A DNA stretch of 64,000 nt from positions 704,001-768,000 of the forward strand of contig OY970368.1 of assembly GCA_963718615.1 (NCBI GenBank), read 5' to 3'. Source of the DNA: an uncultured cyanobacterium (GTDB taxonomy: Bacteria > Cyanobacteriota > Cyanobacteriia > PCC-9006 > JAAUQQ01). Both the position numbers and the translations under genes were made by a program. This document shows positions 1 through 10,265 of the stretch, in pieces (within the stretch, counting starts at the first letter, position 1; every line of letters starts with the position of its first letter). The notes below the pieces were generated by a model. It saw only the letters and a program-made list of their open reading frames with translations, did no database searches and was not told where the DNA came from.

Positions 1-494
1 GTCTGCACCCGCATCAGCAGCGCATCAAGACAATCGCGATCAAAACAAACATGGCGCTGGCGATTCTTTTCACCGATGCTTGCCCCGCTAATGACATGGA
101 GCTGTGTATTTTTCCGCAGCTGATACCACAGCCCCTCAGAAGGCTGACCCGCCGCCTGGGCATAGCGAGACCCACTCGTCATCGAACTCGCCGACATATA
201 GAGCGGATCTAAACTCCCTGCCCCTAGGGTCTGCTCATAGTTGTAGTAATAATGTAGCGGTACCTCCGCCGCAGGCAGATTCAACATCCCTTCATAGAGA
301 TCTCGGGCAACATTCAAATCCGACACCATCACCGTGTGCACCTTCGGCGCACTGCTCAGGAACATCCACATCGCCCCTGCATAAGCTAGCAAAAGCACCA
401 CCATAATGCCCTGGGTCGAGAGCAAACTATCTAGGGCGGGCAGTAGGGACGCTAGGAACGAGGGGGGGATCATTGGACTCAGGATACTGAACAT
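1..494 (-). CDS. Glyoxalase-like (VOC) domain protein, conserved cyanobacterial type; 3' end runs off window
   Basis: Manual minus-strand translation from ATG 494 is open to position 1: ...LDSLLSTQGIMVVLLLAYAGAMWMFLSSAPKVHTVMVSDLNVARDLYEGMLNLPAAEVPLHYYYNYEQ...GLWYQLRKNTQLHVISGAS...RQRHVCFDRDCL. Absent from the ORF track because it is truncated. Confidence 0.8.
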   Translation of the reverse strand, partial: MFSILSPMIPPSFLASLLPALDSLLSTQGIMVVLLLAYAGAMWMFLSSAPKVHTVMVSDLNVARDLYEGMLNLPAAEVPLHYYYNYEQTLGAGSLDPLYMSASSMTSGSRYAQAAGQPSEGLWYQLRKNTQLHVISGASIGEKNRQRHVCFDRDCLDALLMRVQ

Positions 495-749
495 AGACTC
501 CCGATTTGATATAGATAGGTTCTATAAAATACCGAATATCAACTATATTAGCGAACCCATTCCCCCACTTCGGCGGGTTGAGGGGTCGGTTTACCGACAA
601 AGAGATGACTGCCAGCGGACCCGTGAGACTATTTTAACGAGCATTAAGCGATCATCAAGGGAATTATAGAGACAGGTCAGGGGCAACTCGGTGCAGCTTG
701 ATGCGGCACCCAATCAATCACCTCCCATGGACTCAAAAGGGGTTCCCTG

Positions 750-1133
750 ATGAACGACGATCGCAATCAACTCATTTTAGACCAGCTCCAACGCCAGACG
801 GAACTACTTGAACGTCTAATCACCCTTGTAGAACAACGACCTATCCCGGCCCCCAACTACGAGGCCAGTTTAGCCACGTTTGATCGATTTGACTGGCAAA
901 GCATTGGCGCAGCCGTAGAAGAGGACGACGAAGACGGGGTCGCCGTGGTGCGGTGGCGTGGCCATCGCTACCGCCGCCGCAGTGCCGACAACAAATTTGC
1001 CCCTGCCATTTGGTTTAGTCGATCACTGGGTAAAGACGAAGCCGGTAATAACCGCTATGAGCGTCTGATTACGTTCAAGACCCTGGCTGAAACAGAGCCC
1101 CTACCGCAGAAAGTCAAGCAAGAGGCGGCTTAG
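750..1133 (+). CDS. Small cyanobacterial putative single-stranded DNA-binding protein
   Basis: 127 aa with PNY...FDWQSIGA...RRRSADNKFAPAIWFSRSLGKD...YERLITFK, a family usually annotated as ssDNA-binding protein. Confidence 0.6.
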   Translation: MNDDRNQLILDQLQRQTELLERLITLVEQRPIPAPNYEASLATFDRFDWQSIGAAVEEDDEDGVAVVRWRGHRYRRRSADNKFAPAIWFSRSLGKDEAGNNRYERLITFKTLAETEPLPQKVKQEAA

Positions 1134-1151
1134 GACCGAGCCGACAAAAAC

Positions 1152-1201
1152 AAAAAATCCCCAGCCTTGGCCGAGGATTAAGAGTCAGGGTGCATCTACC
1201 A
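1152..1201 (-). ncRNA. nsiR1: NsiR1-like small RNA (single copy)
   Basis: Minus strand reads TGGTAGATGCACCCTGA (NsiR1 5' motif as I recall it), then hairpin ATCCTCGGCC-AA-GGCTGGGGAT and a T-run. Confidence 0.7.
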
Positions 1202-1235
1202 CTTATTACTACTAGGCGGGATGGACCCAGCCGGA
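1202..1235 (-). promoter_or_regulatory. DIF1-like promoter of the NsiR1-like RNA
   Basis: TCCGGC (5/6 match to DIF1 TCCGGA) at about -34..-29 relative to 1201; TAGTAAT in the -10 region. Confidence 0.45.
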
Positions 1236-1311
1236 CAAAATTAGAAAATTCTGAGGTGGCTTCTGAGGCAGCTTAGGTGATTGATATTGCTCAGTGCTGT
1301 CGCGTTTTCCC

Positions 1312-4300
1312 CTAGAACCGAGCTTCATATTCTACCAGCGCCCGATTTTCCCCTTGGAGATCCGTTGTCCCCCGCAGCGTCAGGTTGTCATTGAGCTGAT
1401 ACCGCAGACTAAACTGCGCGGGTAAATCCACCGTCAGCAGCTTTAGGGCCGAGAATGAGACGCTGTTGGTGATGTTGATTCCGATCTCTCCGCCCAGGGC
1501 GAATACCGATTTTTGCTTATCGTCCCCATTGGCCACTTGGTTGCGTTGTTTTTGAGAATCGACGATAGCTGGGAAAAGGCGTACTTCCACCGGCCCGCTG
1601 AGGGCATTGTTAATGGCAGCCTGTAGATTACCTAACAACGCCGAACCGGCTAAATTGGCCAGCGCCAATGTACTATCTCCTCCTCGACCCAGCGTATCCA
1701 CAAAGCCCCCGCCAATGAGTGACACAATTTCGCTCTGGGTACGGGCAGGACTGCTGCTCAAGGTAATATTGTCGAGGAGACTGCTGGCTGAGCCATTCAC
1801 CTGAGCCCTCACCCGCACCGTTTGCAAACTGCCAAAGTCACCGGGCTCAATTTCGTCGCTGATTTCCGAGGTGGAGGTGTTGTCAAACAGACTGCGACGG
1901 CGAGAGACTTCGGTTACCGCCGCGACGAGCTGTAGCTGTAGCTCCGGATCTAGCCCCTGATCGGGGTCAAAAATAGCGACATTGCGGGCTCGACGGGCAA
2001 GGGTGAACCGAGTGGTAAATAGATTGACTTGCCCTTTGGTGAGCAAGATTGCCCCTTCCAATCGAGGATTGGTGAGGTCCCCAGTGAGTCCTAAATCGCC
2101 CTCGGCAAAAAAGCTAAAGACCGGTTCTGCGGCAACCCGTACATTTTGTCCTAACACGAGTTGGAGCCCATTAAAGCTTGGAACTCGAATGGGAATTTCA
2201 CCGCTGCCGATTTGAATGCCGTCTGTGGGGGCAACCGAGTCAAACTCCTGGGCCGCAGCGACGCTCGGATCCGGCAGGAGGACTTGACCATCGGTCAAAA
2301 GAATTTGTCCCGCTAAATCTGGACTGAGGACCGACCCATTGATCTGGACATCACCACTGGCTCCGCCTCGATAGAGACCGCGCAAATTGAGCGCTAACTC
2401 TCTAAAGTTGACCTTGAGCGGGTCGTTGGTTTGGATATCCGATCGCGCAATGGGAATCGTTCCCTCTGCCTGAACTTTGCCGTTGCTAAAATCCGCCTGC
2501 AATCCATCTACCCGCACCCGGTCTTGATTGAACCGAACTAAGCCCGTGACCCCCGTCAGTAATTCGTCCGGTAAAAATTGGGCCGCTAAAACCGCATCTT
2601 CAAATCGCGCGCTGCCCGTGGCGATCGGCTCTGAGAGGGTCCCTGCAACCTGCATTTGGATTTCGCCTTGGCCCTGGAGCCAGCGCACTTGGTCACGGGT
2701 GAGTAAATTGAGAAACGCTAAACCCTCATTTTTGACATCTAGCGTCAGGGCCAACTGGTCACTATCCGGCTGAACCTGACTGAAAGGCAGGGCATAGGGA
2801 ATACTCCCTGAGATTCTGACAGGCTCACGTTCTGCGGCTGTGGTCGGAGGGCTGGGAGGTGTTCCGGAGGCCACCGGGGAGTTGATCTGAGGATCGAGCG
2901 AGGGATCGAGCGGATCGTCGACAAAACTCAGCGCCCCTCTAAAGCTCAGCCTCGCATTGACATAGTTAAACCCGGCCTGCTGGGTCTCGATGCGAGTGCC
3001 GTTGAGTTTGCCATTGGTGAGGTTGAGACTGCCCACGGCCTGGGGATTGTCCGCACTTCCCGATACAGTAGCAGATAGGTCCATTTCACCATCCAAATCC
3101 ACCGGTAAATCAATAAAATTACGAGCCAGGGACAGCGGGACCTGACTGGCGCGCAGTTGGCCGGACTGGCGATCGCCCCCCAACTGACCACTAAAGGCGA
3201 TCGCCGCATCGCCATCCGTCACCCGCACGGGCAACAGCGTCAACACGCCATCGGCAAACTCCCCCTCCGCCTGGACACTATCAATGTCGTATTGTCCCCA
3301 GGCCCAGTCCTGTCCTTGGATTTTGAAGGTTGACTGGATACCACTTTGGAGCGAACCCGAGGCTTCGACCCGCCCTCCAAATTGCCCTTGCAACGCCACC
3401 AGAGAGGGAATTCGCGCTTCATTCCGCTGCTGGGCCTTTTCCTGGGCCACGAGCTGTTCGATTTCGGCAAAGCGGCGCAGTTGGTTGAGCAATGAAGCCT
3501 GGGATAAACCGACGCTGTTGACGGATAGGTCTGCACCTTTGGCATAGGTCGGAGCGATTAATCCTTGGGCCACATCCCCAAACTCAAACCACTGGACCAT
3601 GCGCAACAGTCCCTGGATATCACCGTTGTCGATGGCGATCGCCAAATCAAACTTCGGATCCTTTCCCAGAACGACCTCCCCCTTTTCCACCCGATAGCGG
3701 GTTTGCACAGGCTCTAAACAGCGATCGCCCTGCTGTTGCTTACACAAATCCTGGGTCAGCGCCGCATTTTCCAGCCGCGCCACGTTATTGGCCAAGGAAA
3801 AGTCCCCCGAAAAGGCTGTGCCCTTGAGCGTCCCCAGGGCAGGATTGGTGATCCGCAGATTGCCCCGAGCAGTCAGGGGATTGAGCTGCACCGTGGCATT
3901 GCCAGAGGCAACGCCCTGGAGCGCCACATCCCCTAGGCCCAGGGACGGACGCAGATTGAATGCCGCTAAGGAAAATTCGTCAAGTTTAATCGCATATTGA
4001 TCGTCCCCGGTGCGATTGCCTCGGGCGATCGCCTCTCCCTGTTGCACCAGAAAGCTGCGAGGTTGGAACTGACTGTCGAGATCGAGATTAATGCGATCGC
4101 GATCGCCCGCCACATTCAACACCACCCCCTCAGGGGCATAGCTGATGCGACCATCGAGACTCGACTCAAAGGGCAAATTATTGACCCGAAACTCCCGCAG
4201 GGCCAAGGTTCCCTGGGCACGCAGCGCCTCCAGAGGCCCCTGCACCCTGCCCTCAAAGTTGGCGAATCCCCCCAGATCCAGGGCGACGGGCAAATTGCCC

Positions 4301-6357
4301 GCCGAGGCAAAAGGGAGGGATTGCACATCGAACCCCCGTGCGCTAACCGCTAAATTCAGCCCTGTAACCGTAGGGGTATCGGCGACCGCAGCTTGGACAA
4401 TACCACTCGCCTCTAACCCTGGTGCGGTTGCGCTAGCAACGATAATTTGACTGCGGGCTCCGTCCCAGCGAAAGTTAGCGGTGAGCGGGTCACTCACCAA
4501 GGCGATGCCCTGGGAAAACGTCACCAACCCCTTCGCCTCTAGCCGATTGAGATTAAACCCCTGGACTGGCCCCGAGAGCAGGACATCCCCATTTAAGCTA
4601 CCCCGCAGTTGCTCAGAAAACTGGGTTAGCTGGAGCCCAGAGAGATTGGCCGTCCCGGAGAAGCGATCGCCCGTCCAAGACCCCTGACCGCGAACCGTGC
4701 CTTCCGCAACCCGGAGCAGCAAGTCCTGAACCTGGAGCGTACCCTTCTCCAAAACCGCCTTTCCCCGAGCCGGATAGGTGGATTCGAGGGCCTGAAACTG
4801 AATTGTCGTACGCGGCTGCTCCAGGGGGCCAAACACCCGAGCCTGGGCCGTAATCGGGCCAATGGCAAAGGGCAAACTGCCGGTGCTGTAAAGCTGCACC
4901 AGGTCGTCTCCCTGGAGTCCCGTGGCGTTGGTGTCGATCGCAATCCCACCGCTGGGGCCGGTGATCACTTGGCCGCTACCTGTGATTAGTCCTCCGGAGC
5001 TGGGTTCAGCCCGGATTTCGCTGAGGCTGAGGGTCGAGCCCTGCCACTGAAACCGGCTGGAAGCCGCCGCAAACGGCACTTTATCCACTGTCAGCGTCCG
5101 CAAATTTTTGACCTTACCGGTGATGATCGGTCGTTCCGGTTGGCCCGTGACCTTGAGATCCTCGGCGATCGCCATCCCCGCCACCGTCACCGGTAGCTTC
5201 ACCTGAAACAGATCCAGAACCTTTGGGGCTTCCACGGGTTTCACCTGAGCCGTGAGGTTTAGCCCATTTTCCAGATGGATCAGCCCCTGGGCTTGCAATT
5301 CTAGCGGCCCATAATTGCCCGTGGAACTGAGCAGTTGAATCGCCTGGTTTTTGATCGTGAGCTTGCCCTGGGCATTCTTGACCGGCTGGGGCAATTGCGG
5401 AACCTTGGCAATCACTTGATTAAAATCGATCGTCCCCGCAATTTCGACCGGCTGATTCGGCACATAGCCAATCTTGAGATCCGCATCCACGCGACCTTGG
5501 TCAAACGTGACCTCCGGAAACTGCACCGTTTTGTCCAGCAGGCGCTTCACATCGCTGAGCAGGAGATTTTTGCCCTGAATATCGAAGTTGAGCCGAGGTC
5601 CTGGCGAAGGCGATTTAGCCGATTGGGGTAAATCAGTGGAAGCGTTTGGAGCAGAAGCGTTTGGGGATGGAGCTGGAATTTTAGATTCTCCCTCCGTGCG
5701 CAGCCGTCCGGCCTGACCCACGACTTGGCCATCTGCCTCAAACTTGAGCAGCTTGCCGTCCTCGCGAACCTTCAAAACCCCTTGGACATCATCGAGGGCG
5801 ATCGCCTCCCCTGGATTAGCGCCCTGCGCCCCATAGGGCACCGCTATCACCTTACCCCGCCGCAGCTTGAGCTCATCCAGCTTAATTTGCAGGGGTCCAT
5901 TACCTGGCTCTAGGTTGAGCTGGGTCGCCACCCATTCACCGCTTTGATCCTGTTCAAGATAGAGATCCGGCTCCACCAAGGTCACATCCAGATCGAGCCG
6001 TCCCCCCGTCTGCAACAGTTGCAGCGGATTAAACCCTACCTCGACCTGACGGGTTTCCGCCGTGTCGAGCTCGGTGGGGGTGGCGGGTAGACGCGATCGC
6101 CCGAACGTTATCCCAAAGGGTGTAATCCGCTCGATTTCACCGATTTCAACGGGGCGGTCCAGAATCTTCCCCAGTTGGGTCTCAACCTGGGGCGTTAGAT
6201 CCGTTTGGACATAGCGCCAAAGCCACCAGAGGCCCGCACCACCGGCCCCCGCTAGCAGCACCCCCAACACTAAAAGGGTACGTATCAAGCTCCCCAGACA
6301 GGAACGACGATGCCCTTTAACCGTCGGGGTGGAATTGTCTCCCGGAGTCTGGGTCAT
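1312..6357 (-). CDS. tamB: Translocation/assembly module TamB (DUF490, Tic236-like)
   Basis: 1681 aa, N-terminal TM helix, long beta-taco repeats, C-terminal GQVNLFTTRF...L(S)SSPART(Q)SEIVSLIGG...VEYEARF. Confidence 0.9.
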   Translation of the reverse strand: MTQTPGDNSTPTVKGHRRSCLGSLIRTLLVLGVLLAGAGGAGLWWLWRYVQTDLTPQVETQLGKILDRPVEIGEIERITPFGITFGRSRLPATPTELDTAETRQVEVGFNPLQLLQTGGRLDLDVTLVEPDLYLEQDQSGEWVATQLNLEPGNGPLQIKLDELKLRRGKVIAVPYGAQGANPGEAIALDDVQGVLKVREDGKLLKFEADGQVVGQAGRLRTEGESKIPAPSPNASAPNASTDLPQSAKSPSPGPRLNFDIQGKNLLLSDVKRLLDKTVQFPEVTFDQGRVDADLKIGYVPNQPVEIAGTIDFNQVIAKVPQLPQPVKNAQGKLTIKNQAIQLLSSTGNYGPLELQAQGLIHLENGLNLTAQVKPVEAPKVLDLFQVKLPVTVAGMAIAEDLKVTGQPERPIITGKVKNLRTLTVDKVPFAAASSRFQWQGSTLSLSEIRAEPSSGGLITGSGQVITGPSGGIAIDTNATGLQGDDLVQLYSTGSLPFAIGPITAQARVFGPLEQPRTTIQFQALESTYPARGKAVLEKGTLQVQDLLLRVAEGTVRGQGSWTGDRFSGTANLSGLQLTQFSEQLRGSLNGDVLLSGPVQGFNLNRLEAKGLVTFSQGIALVSDPLTANFRWDGARSQIIVASATAPGLEASGIVQAAVADTPTVTGLNLAVSARGFDVQSLPFASAGNLPVALDLGGFANFEGRVQGPLEALRAQGTLALREFRVNNLPFESSLDGRISYAPEGVVLNVAGDRDRINLDLDSQFQPRSFLVQQGEAIARGNRTGDDQYAIKLDEFSLAAFNLRPSLGLGDVALQGVASGNATVQLNPLTARGNLRITNPALGTLKGTAFSGDFSLANNVARLENAALTQDLCKQQQGDRCLEPVQTRYRVEKGEVVLGKDPKFDLAIAIDNGDIQGLLRMVQWFEFGDVAQGLIAPTYAKGADLSVNSVGLSQASLLNQLRRFAEIEQLVAQEKAQQRNEARIPSLVALQGQFGGRVEASGSLQSGIQSTFKIQGQDWAWGQYDIDSVQAEGEFADGVLTLLPVRVTDGDAAIAFSGQLGGDRQSGQLRASQVPLSLARNFIDLPVDLDGEMDLSATVSGSADNPQAVGSLNLTNGKLNGTRIETQQAGFNYVNARLSFRGALSFVDDPLDPSLDPQINSPVASGTPPSPPTTAAEREPVRISGSIPYALPFSQVQPDSDQLALTLDVKNEGLAFLNLLTRDQVRWLQGQGEIQMQVAGTLSEPIATGSARFEDAVLAAQFLPDELLTGVTGLVRFNQDRVRVDGLQADFSNGKVQAEGTIPIARSDIQTNDPLKVNFRELALNLRGLYRGGASGDVQINGSVLSPDLAGQILLTDGQVLLPDPSVAAAQEFDSVAPTDGIQIGSGEIPIRVPSFNGLQLVLGQNVRVAAEPVFSFFAEGDLGLTGDLTNPRLEGAILLTKGQVNLFTTRFTLARRARNVAIFDPDQGLDPELQLQLVAAVTEVSRRRSLFDNTSTSEISDEIEPGDFGSLQTVRVRAQVNGSASSLLDNITLSSSPARTQSEIVSLIGGGFVDTLGRGGDSTLALANLAGSALLGNLQAAINNALSGPVEVRLFPAIVDSQKQRNQVANGDDKQKSVFALGGEIGINITNSVSFSALKLLTVDLPAQFSLRYQLNDNLTLRGTTDLQGENRALVEYEARF

Positions 6358-6479
6358 TCAAGCCTCTCTAAACCAGCAATTTTAAGATGATACCCATTTT
6401 TTATTTAGGCACGTACTAATGCCGGTGTCACGAGGGCTTGGAGCCAAAACGATGCCGAAATGACGACATAGCAAGGTTT

Positions 6480-7406
6480 TTAGGAAGACAGGTCTCGATG
6501 GGCAACGCACATCAGGGAGAGGGCGGCGGCGGACGTATCCGGATCTAGACCCGATAGCCTTTGACTGAGACGCGTTTTGAAGGGCGATCGCCCCAAGTCT
6601 CCCAAAAAGATCTCGGACCCGACGTCAGGGTTATGGGGATAAAGATGCACTGAAAAGCCCAAAGGTTCCAGTACCTTTCGATAGAGATCGGGCTCTAAGC
6701 CAACCCCTGGCTGGCGATTATGACGTTCTGTCGCGAGCTGCCAGATCCGCTCATCTGGGTTTTCGTCTTCAAACAACCAATCCGGAAGCTGCCACTGCTG
6801 GAGCCAGAGCCCCCACCCCTCTAGGGTCCAGGCACTGCGCTGAGGATCAAGGTCAGTGATGAGAATGCCGCCAGACTTCACCAACCGACCCGCTTCCGCC
6901 AGGACCCGCGCCATATCGTCACAGTGGTGCAGGAGCGCATTGGCCACCACCACATCGGCACAGCCATCCGCCAGCGGCAAGTGGTGGGCATCGGCCAGAA
7001 TGGGCAAATAGCCCTGTTGTTGGGCATGGCGCAACGCGCCATAGCTAATATCAACCCCCATCAGCGCCGCCGGTTGTCCCCCCAGGGTGGCAAAGAGATT
7101 ACCAGGGCCACAGCCCAGATCCACCACAATTTTTTGATCCCAGCCCTGGGCAAGATCTAGACGATGGAGAGCATGTTGCCAGCGATCGCGAAATCCCCTC
7201 CCCCGATGAGCCTCTGCCAAATATTTCTTCGCCCAGCGGGGATGGCCAAAAAAATAGGCATTGGCCAACATACTCTGGCTATAGACCGGCAGTGGCGCAA
7301 GGGCAATCCCATTCGCGTCCCATCTCACGGTTAGTTCAGGCTGGAGATAGGTCTGGAGGCGCTCGGCTTGGGTTGTCCGGGTATCAACAAAGGCAAAGGG
7401 ATGCAT
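6480..7406 (-). CDS. Class I SAM-dependent methyltransferase
   Basis: VVDLGCGPG motif I, GVDIS, ADAHHLPL, ALLHH; ATG 7406 preferred to GTG 7466. Confidence 0.85.
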   Translation of the reverse strand: MHPFAFVDTRTTQAERLQTYLQPELTVRWDANGIALAPLPVYSQSMLANAYFFGHPRWAKKYLAEAHRGRGFRDRWQHALHRLDLAQGWDQKIVVDLGCGPGNLFATLGGQPAALMGVDISYGALRHAQQQGYLPILADAHHLPLADGCADVVVANALLHHCDDMARVLAEAGRLVKSGGILITDLDPQRSAWTLEGWGLWLQQWQLPDWLFEDENPDERIWQLATERHNRQPGVGLEPDLYRKVLEPLGFSVHLYPHNPDVGSEIFLGDLGRSPFKTRLSQRLSGLDPDTSAAALSLMCVAHRDLSS

Positions 7407-7537
7407 CAACAGGCTCCGGGTTGAGCGAGAGAACAGCACAACGAAACAATCACCGGACCCCCTCACGAGAACCGGGGTAGAGACCTGATGGCCTTAGGCT
7501 TCCCCAATCCCACCCAAAGGCGACATCCCCCCTTCCC

Positions 7538-8713
7538 TCAACTCGACCAAGGCGTCTGACGACCCAGATTTTGATTCAGCGCCACCCAATATTCCATATT
7601 GCGCAAAATCGATTGCCACACCCCATACCCCCGTGGATTCAGATGAATGCCATCCGTCGTCAGATCCGCAAACATCGCACCTTTGGCATCTGTAAACTGA
7701 CTATGGAGGTCTAAATAGGTGACCTTTTCCTCCCGGCTGATTTGGGCAAGCTGGGTGTTAATCCGGCGGATGCGATCGTTATCAATCTTGGGCGTGGCGG
7801 TGGGCAAAATCGACTGGACAAAAATTTCAGCCTTGGGATGGTTTTGGCGCAGTTGCCGCATGATTTGCCGCAGATTTGCTGTAATCTCATCATCGCCATA
7901 GCCATTTTTCAAATCATTCACCCCCGCCATGACATAAATACTCTGGGGACGGGTATTTTTGAACGCCGAGAGTCGCTGCAAAATGCCTCGGGTCGTATCG
8001 CCGGAAATGCCTTGGTTCATCCAAAGCTGAGCGCGGGAGAGATCCTGCATCGGCAACCATTGACTAATCGAATCTCCCACCACAATGCTGAGGCGATTGC
8101 TGCCCTGTCCGCCCCCTACGGCCTTGGCCTCTAAGGCTAGCAGGCTTTTCCACTGGTTATAGTCCGGGTGAGCCGTGACATGAGTCCAAGCAGTGCGAAA
8201 GCTATCGGCGGGCAGCCGGGTGTAGAGATGGCCTGCCTTGAGCGCGGCAAGACGTTGATAGTAAAGCTGTGGCCCGGATCGGGGTCCATTAGCACTGGGC
8301 TGACTGGTGCTGAAATTGGGGGTGGTTTGCCAATAAAAGGGATCGCTGAGACGAGAAAGGGGTTGGCTCGTCGCTGTAGCGCGGGCGACGGTGCTGACAC
8401 GCCCCTTTGCCAATTTGGATAACTTCGAATCGGCAACCTTGGCACGGGTCTGGCATTGGGACTCATCCTCAGCCATGCCCCGCCCAGGGCTAAATTCAGC
8501 GGCGGCAAAACTGTGGGAAACCTCGACCGTTTGAGCAAACGCCGGGGAGCTAAAGAGTCCCCAGGAGGGGCGATGGGCGGTGGGTTGATAGGGATGATGC
8601 TTGGCTTGGGGGCTCAGACGATCTAGGGCGATCGGTTCGGGCTCAATGGAAACCGGATGATCTGCCGCCTGCATTTTGGCCACCATGGCGGCAACCAGGC
8701 AAAGTTCGCTCAT
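7538..8713 (-). CDS. SGNH/GDSL hydrolase
   Basis: VGDSI, NQGISGDT, GVND and DGIHL blocks. Confidence 0.9.
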   Translation of the reverse strand: MSELCLVAAMVAKMQAADHPVSIEPEPIALDRLSPQAKHHPYQPTAHRPSWGLFSSPAFAQTVEVSHSFAAAEFSPGRGMAEDESQCQTRAKVADSKLSKLAKGRVSTVARATATSQPLSRLSDPFYWQTTPNFSTSQPSANGPRSGPQLYYQRLAALKAGHLYTRLPADSFRTAWTHVTAHPDYNQWKSLLALEAKAVGGGQGSNRLSIVVGDSISQWLPMQDLSRAQLWMNQGISGDTTRGILQRLSAFKNTRPQSIYVMAGVNDLKNGYGDDEITANLRQIMRQLRQNHPKAEIFVQSILPTATPKIDNDRIRRINTQLAQISREEKVTYLDLHSQFTDAKGAMFADLTTDGIHLNPRGYGVWQSILRNMEYWVALNQNLGRQTPWSS

Positions 8714-9151
8714 TGATCTTTGAGAAGTAGCGAATGGAATCTGTTCTACTTCTCGCTATCTAGAGCATGACATCAGGAAAGTCTGAAAAAGGGCGGGTGA
8801 GGGGACGCCGCCGTTGAGGTGTTTTCCTGTCATCTTTATTACGTTCCTAGGTTTAGAATTTCCCGCTGCTGGACTGGAGTTGCGCGCTTCATCCAAGGCT
8901 CAAGAAATCTTTGCCTCAGCCTTATGGTTGGGTGGGCTGGGGCTGCCGGTATTTTCGTTGCCGCATTCTTTGCCGCAACCGCAGATAACCCCAGGGAATA
9001 CCGGTCCCTCAACAAAATCTCAGCGAATCATTCCGATCCTTTCAGATCTCGCTCATCGTCTTCTCAGCTCTCTCCCCGATAGTCATACTCAACAACCGAG
9101 GCGGTCAGTCCAAGGAATAACCGCCCGTCACACAATCCCGGAGTCACAGCT

Positions 9152-9421
9152 ATGAAACCGATTACCCGCGTTCTTTCTGCCCTCGCATTTGCTGGTACAG
9201 TCTTCGCTGCCACGGCGGCCTTTGCTTCTCCTGTCAGTATTGCGCATCAAGCCTATCGGGGTGAACTGAAAGGTATCCCTGGCTATCAGCAACTGGAACA
9301 GGGCCTCAATTCCCACACCATCAGCATCGATGACATTATCAAGGCCGCTGGCGAAACACCTACGCCAGAGCTAAGAGCCTCTGTCCGCAGCTCTTTGCGG
9401 ACGATTGCTGACCTCAACTAG
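9152..9421 (+). CDS. Small secreted hypothetical protein
   Basis: Signal peptide ending AFA; AYRGELKGIPGY motif seen in cyanobacterial secreted proteins. Confidence 0.75.
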   Translation: MKPITRVLSALAFAGTVFAATAAFASPVSIAHQAYRGELKGIPGYQQLEQGLNSHTISIDDIIKAAGETPTPELRASVRSSLRTIADLN

Positions 9422-9471
9422 ACCATTCCTCGGAACAAGTTAGGACACCGATTTTTCAGGAGACCTTCACG

Positions 9472-9648
9472 ATGAAATCCTTCACCCGCACGTTTTCGGC
9501 TCTGATGTTTACAGCTACGCTCTTAGCAACCCAAGCATCCTTTGCGGCAACACCGACGCAAAATCTTAGCCAAAGACCCCAAGGGCAAAGCTTGATTGAA
9601 TATCAGTTCGGTTTGTTCTCCAGTGCCCACGAAAAGAATAACGATTGA
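9472..9648 (+). CDS. 58-aa secreted peptide (not in ORF track)
   Basis: AGGAG RBS at 9458-9462; MKSFTRTFSALMFTATLLATQASFA signal peptide resembles that of the upstream gene; followed by a terminator. Confidence 0.6.
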   Translation: MKSFTRTFSALMFTATLLATQASFAATPTQNLSQRPQGQSLIEYQFGLFSSAHEKNND

Positions 9649-9715
9649 GGTTACAACTGCTTCACGTTTCTTTTCGGTTGATTTAAATTAGAACGACAAA
9701 TTTTCTATGCCAGTC

Positions 9716-9748
9716 TGGCTCCTACTCCATGGGTAGGAGCCATTTATT
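9716..9748 (+). terminator. Intrinsic terminator
   Basis: TGGCTCCTAC-N7-GTAGGAGCCA followed by TTTATT. Confidence 0.6.
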
Positions 9749-9865
9749 GTTCATGGTATAGATTTACTGTGATGAAGCTCTACCTCTAGTCCTAAAGCCT
9801 GCACGGTTTTTGCACGGTCCATCCGGCAAGGTAGAACTATCCACGCTCCACCTGGATACTCACCC

Positions 9866-10189
9866 ATGGTTTCATCGCCCCTCACCTCGACAACGCCAAT
9901 TGCTAAAACTCCAGTTTCTGTTTCCCCCACCTCTGGAAGCCAGCGAAATCATTTGATTAGCAAACTAGCTGATTGCATTGAGTCCGTTTGGCAGCAATTT
10001 CTTGATCTTTCGCCCTACGAAATTCCTGACGATTTAGGATACGTCGAAGGCACCCTGGAAGGCGATCGCCTCGTCATCGAAAACCGCTGTTATCAAACCC
10101 CTCAATTCCGCAAACTCCATCTTGAGCTGGCGAGGGTGAGCGATCGCCTCCATATCCTTCACTGCGTCATGTTCCCCCGAATTACCTAC
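9866..10189 (+). pseudogene. pcyA: pcyA (phycocyanobilin:ferredoxin oxidoreductase), 5' part, interrupted by IS
   Basis: [34 protein letters not shown]...[13 protein letters not shown]; reads into the IS left end and stops at 10240. Confidence 0.9.
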
Positions 10190-10265
10190 CAGAAATTTCC
10201 GCAGTGCTCCGCCTATACCCGAAGGGTTAGGGGGTGGTGAAGCGGAGCGCGACCGCAGGAAGCAA

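Noticed and set aside
104-669. Plus-strand ORFs 104..406 and 406..669
   Set aside because: They are shadows of the minus-strand glyoxalase-like gene and its upstream region.
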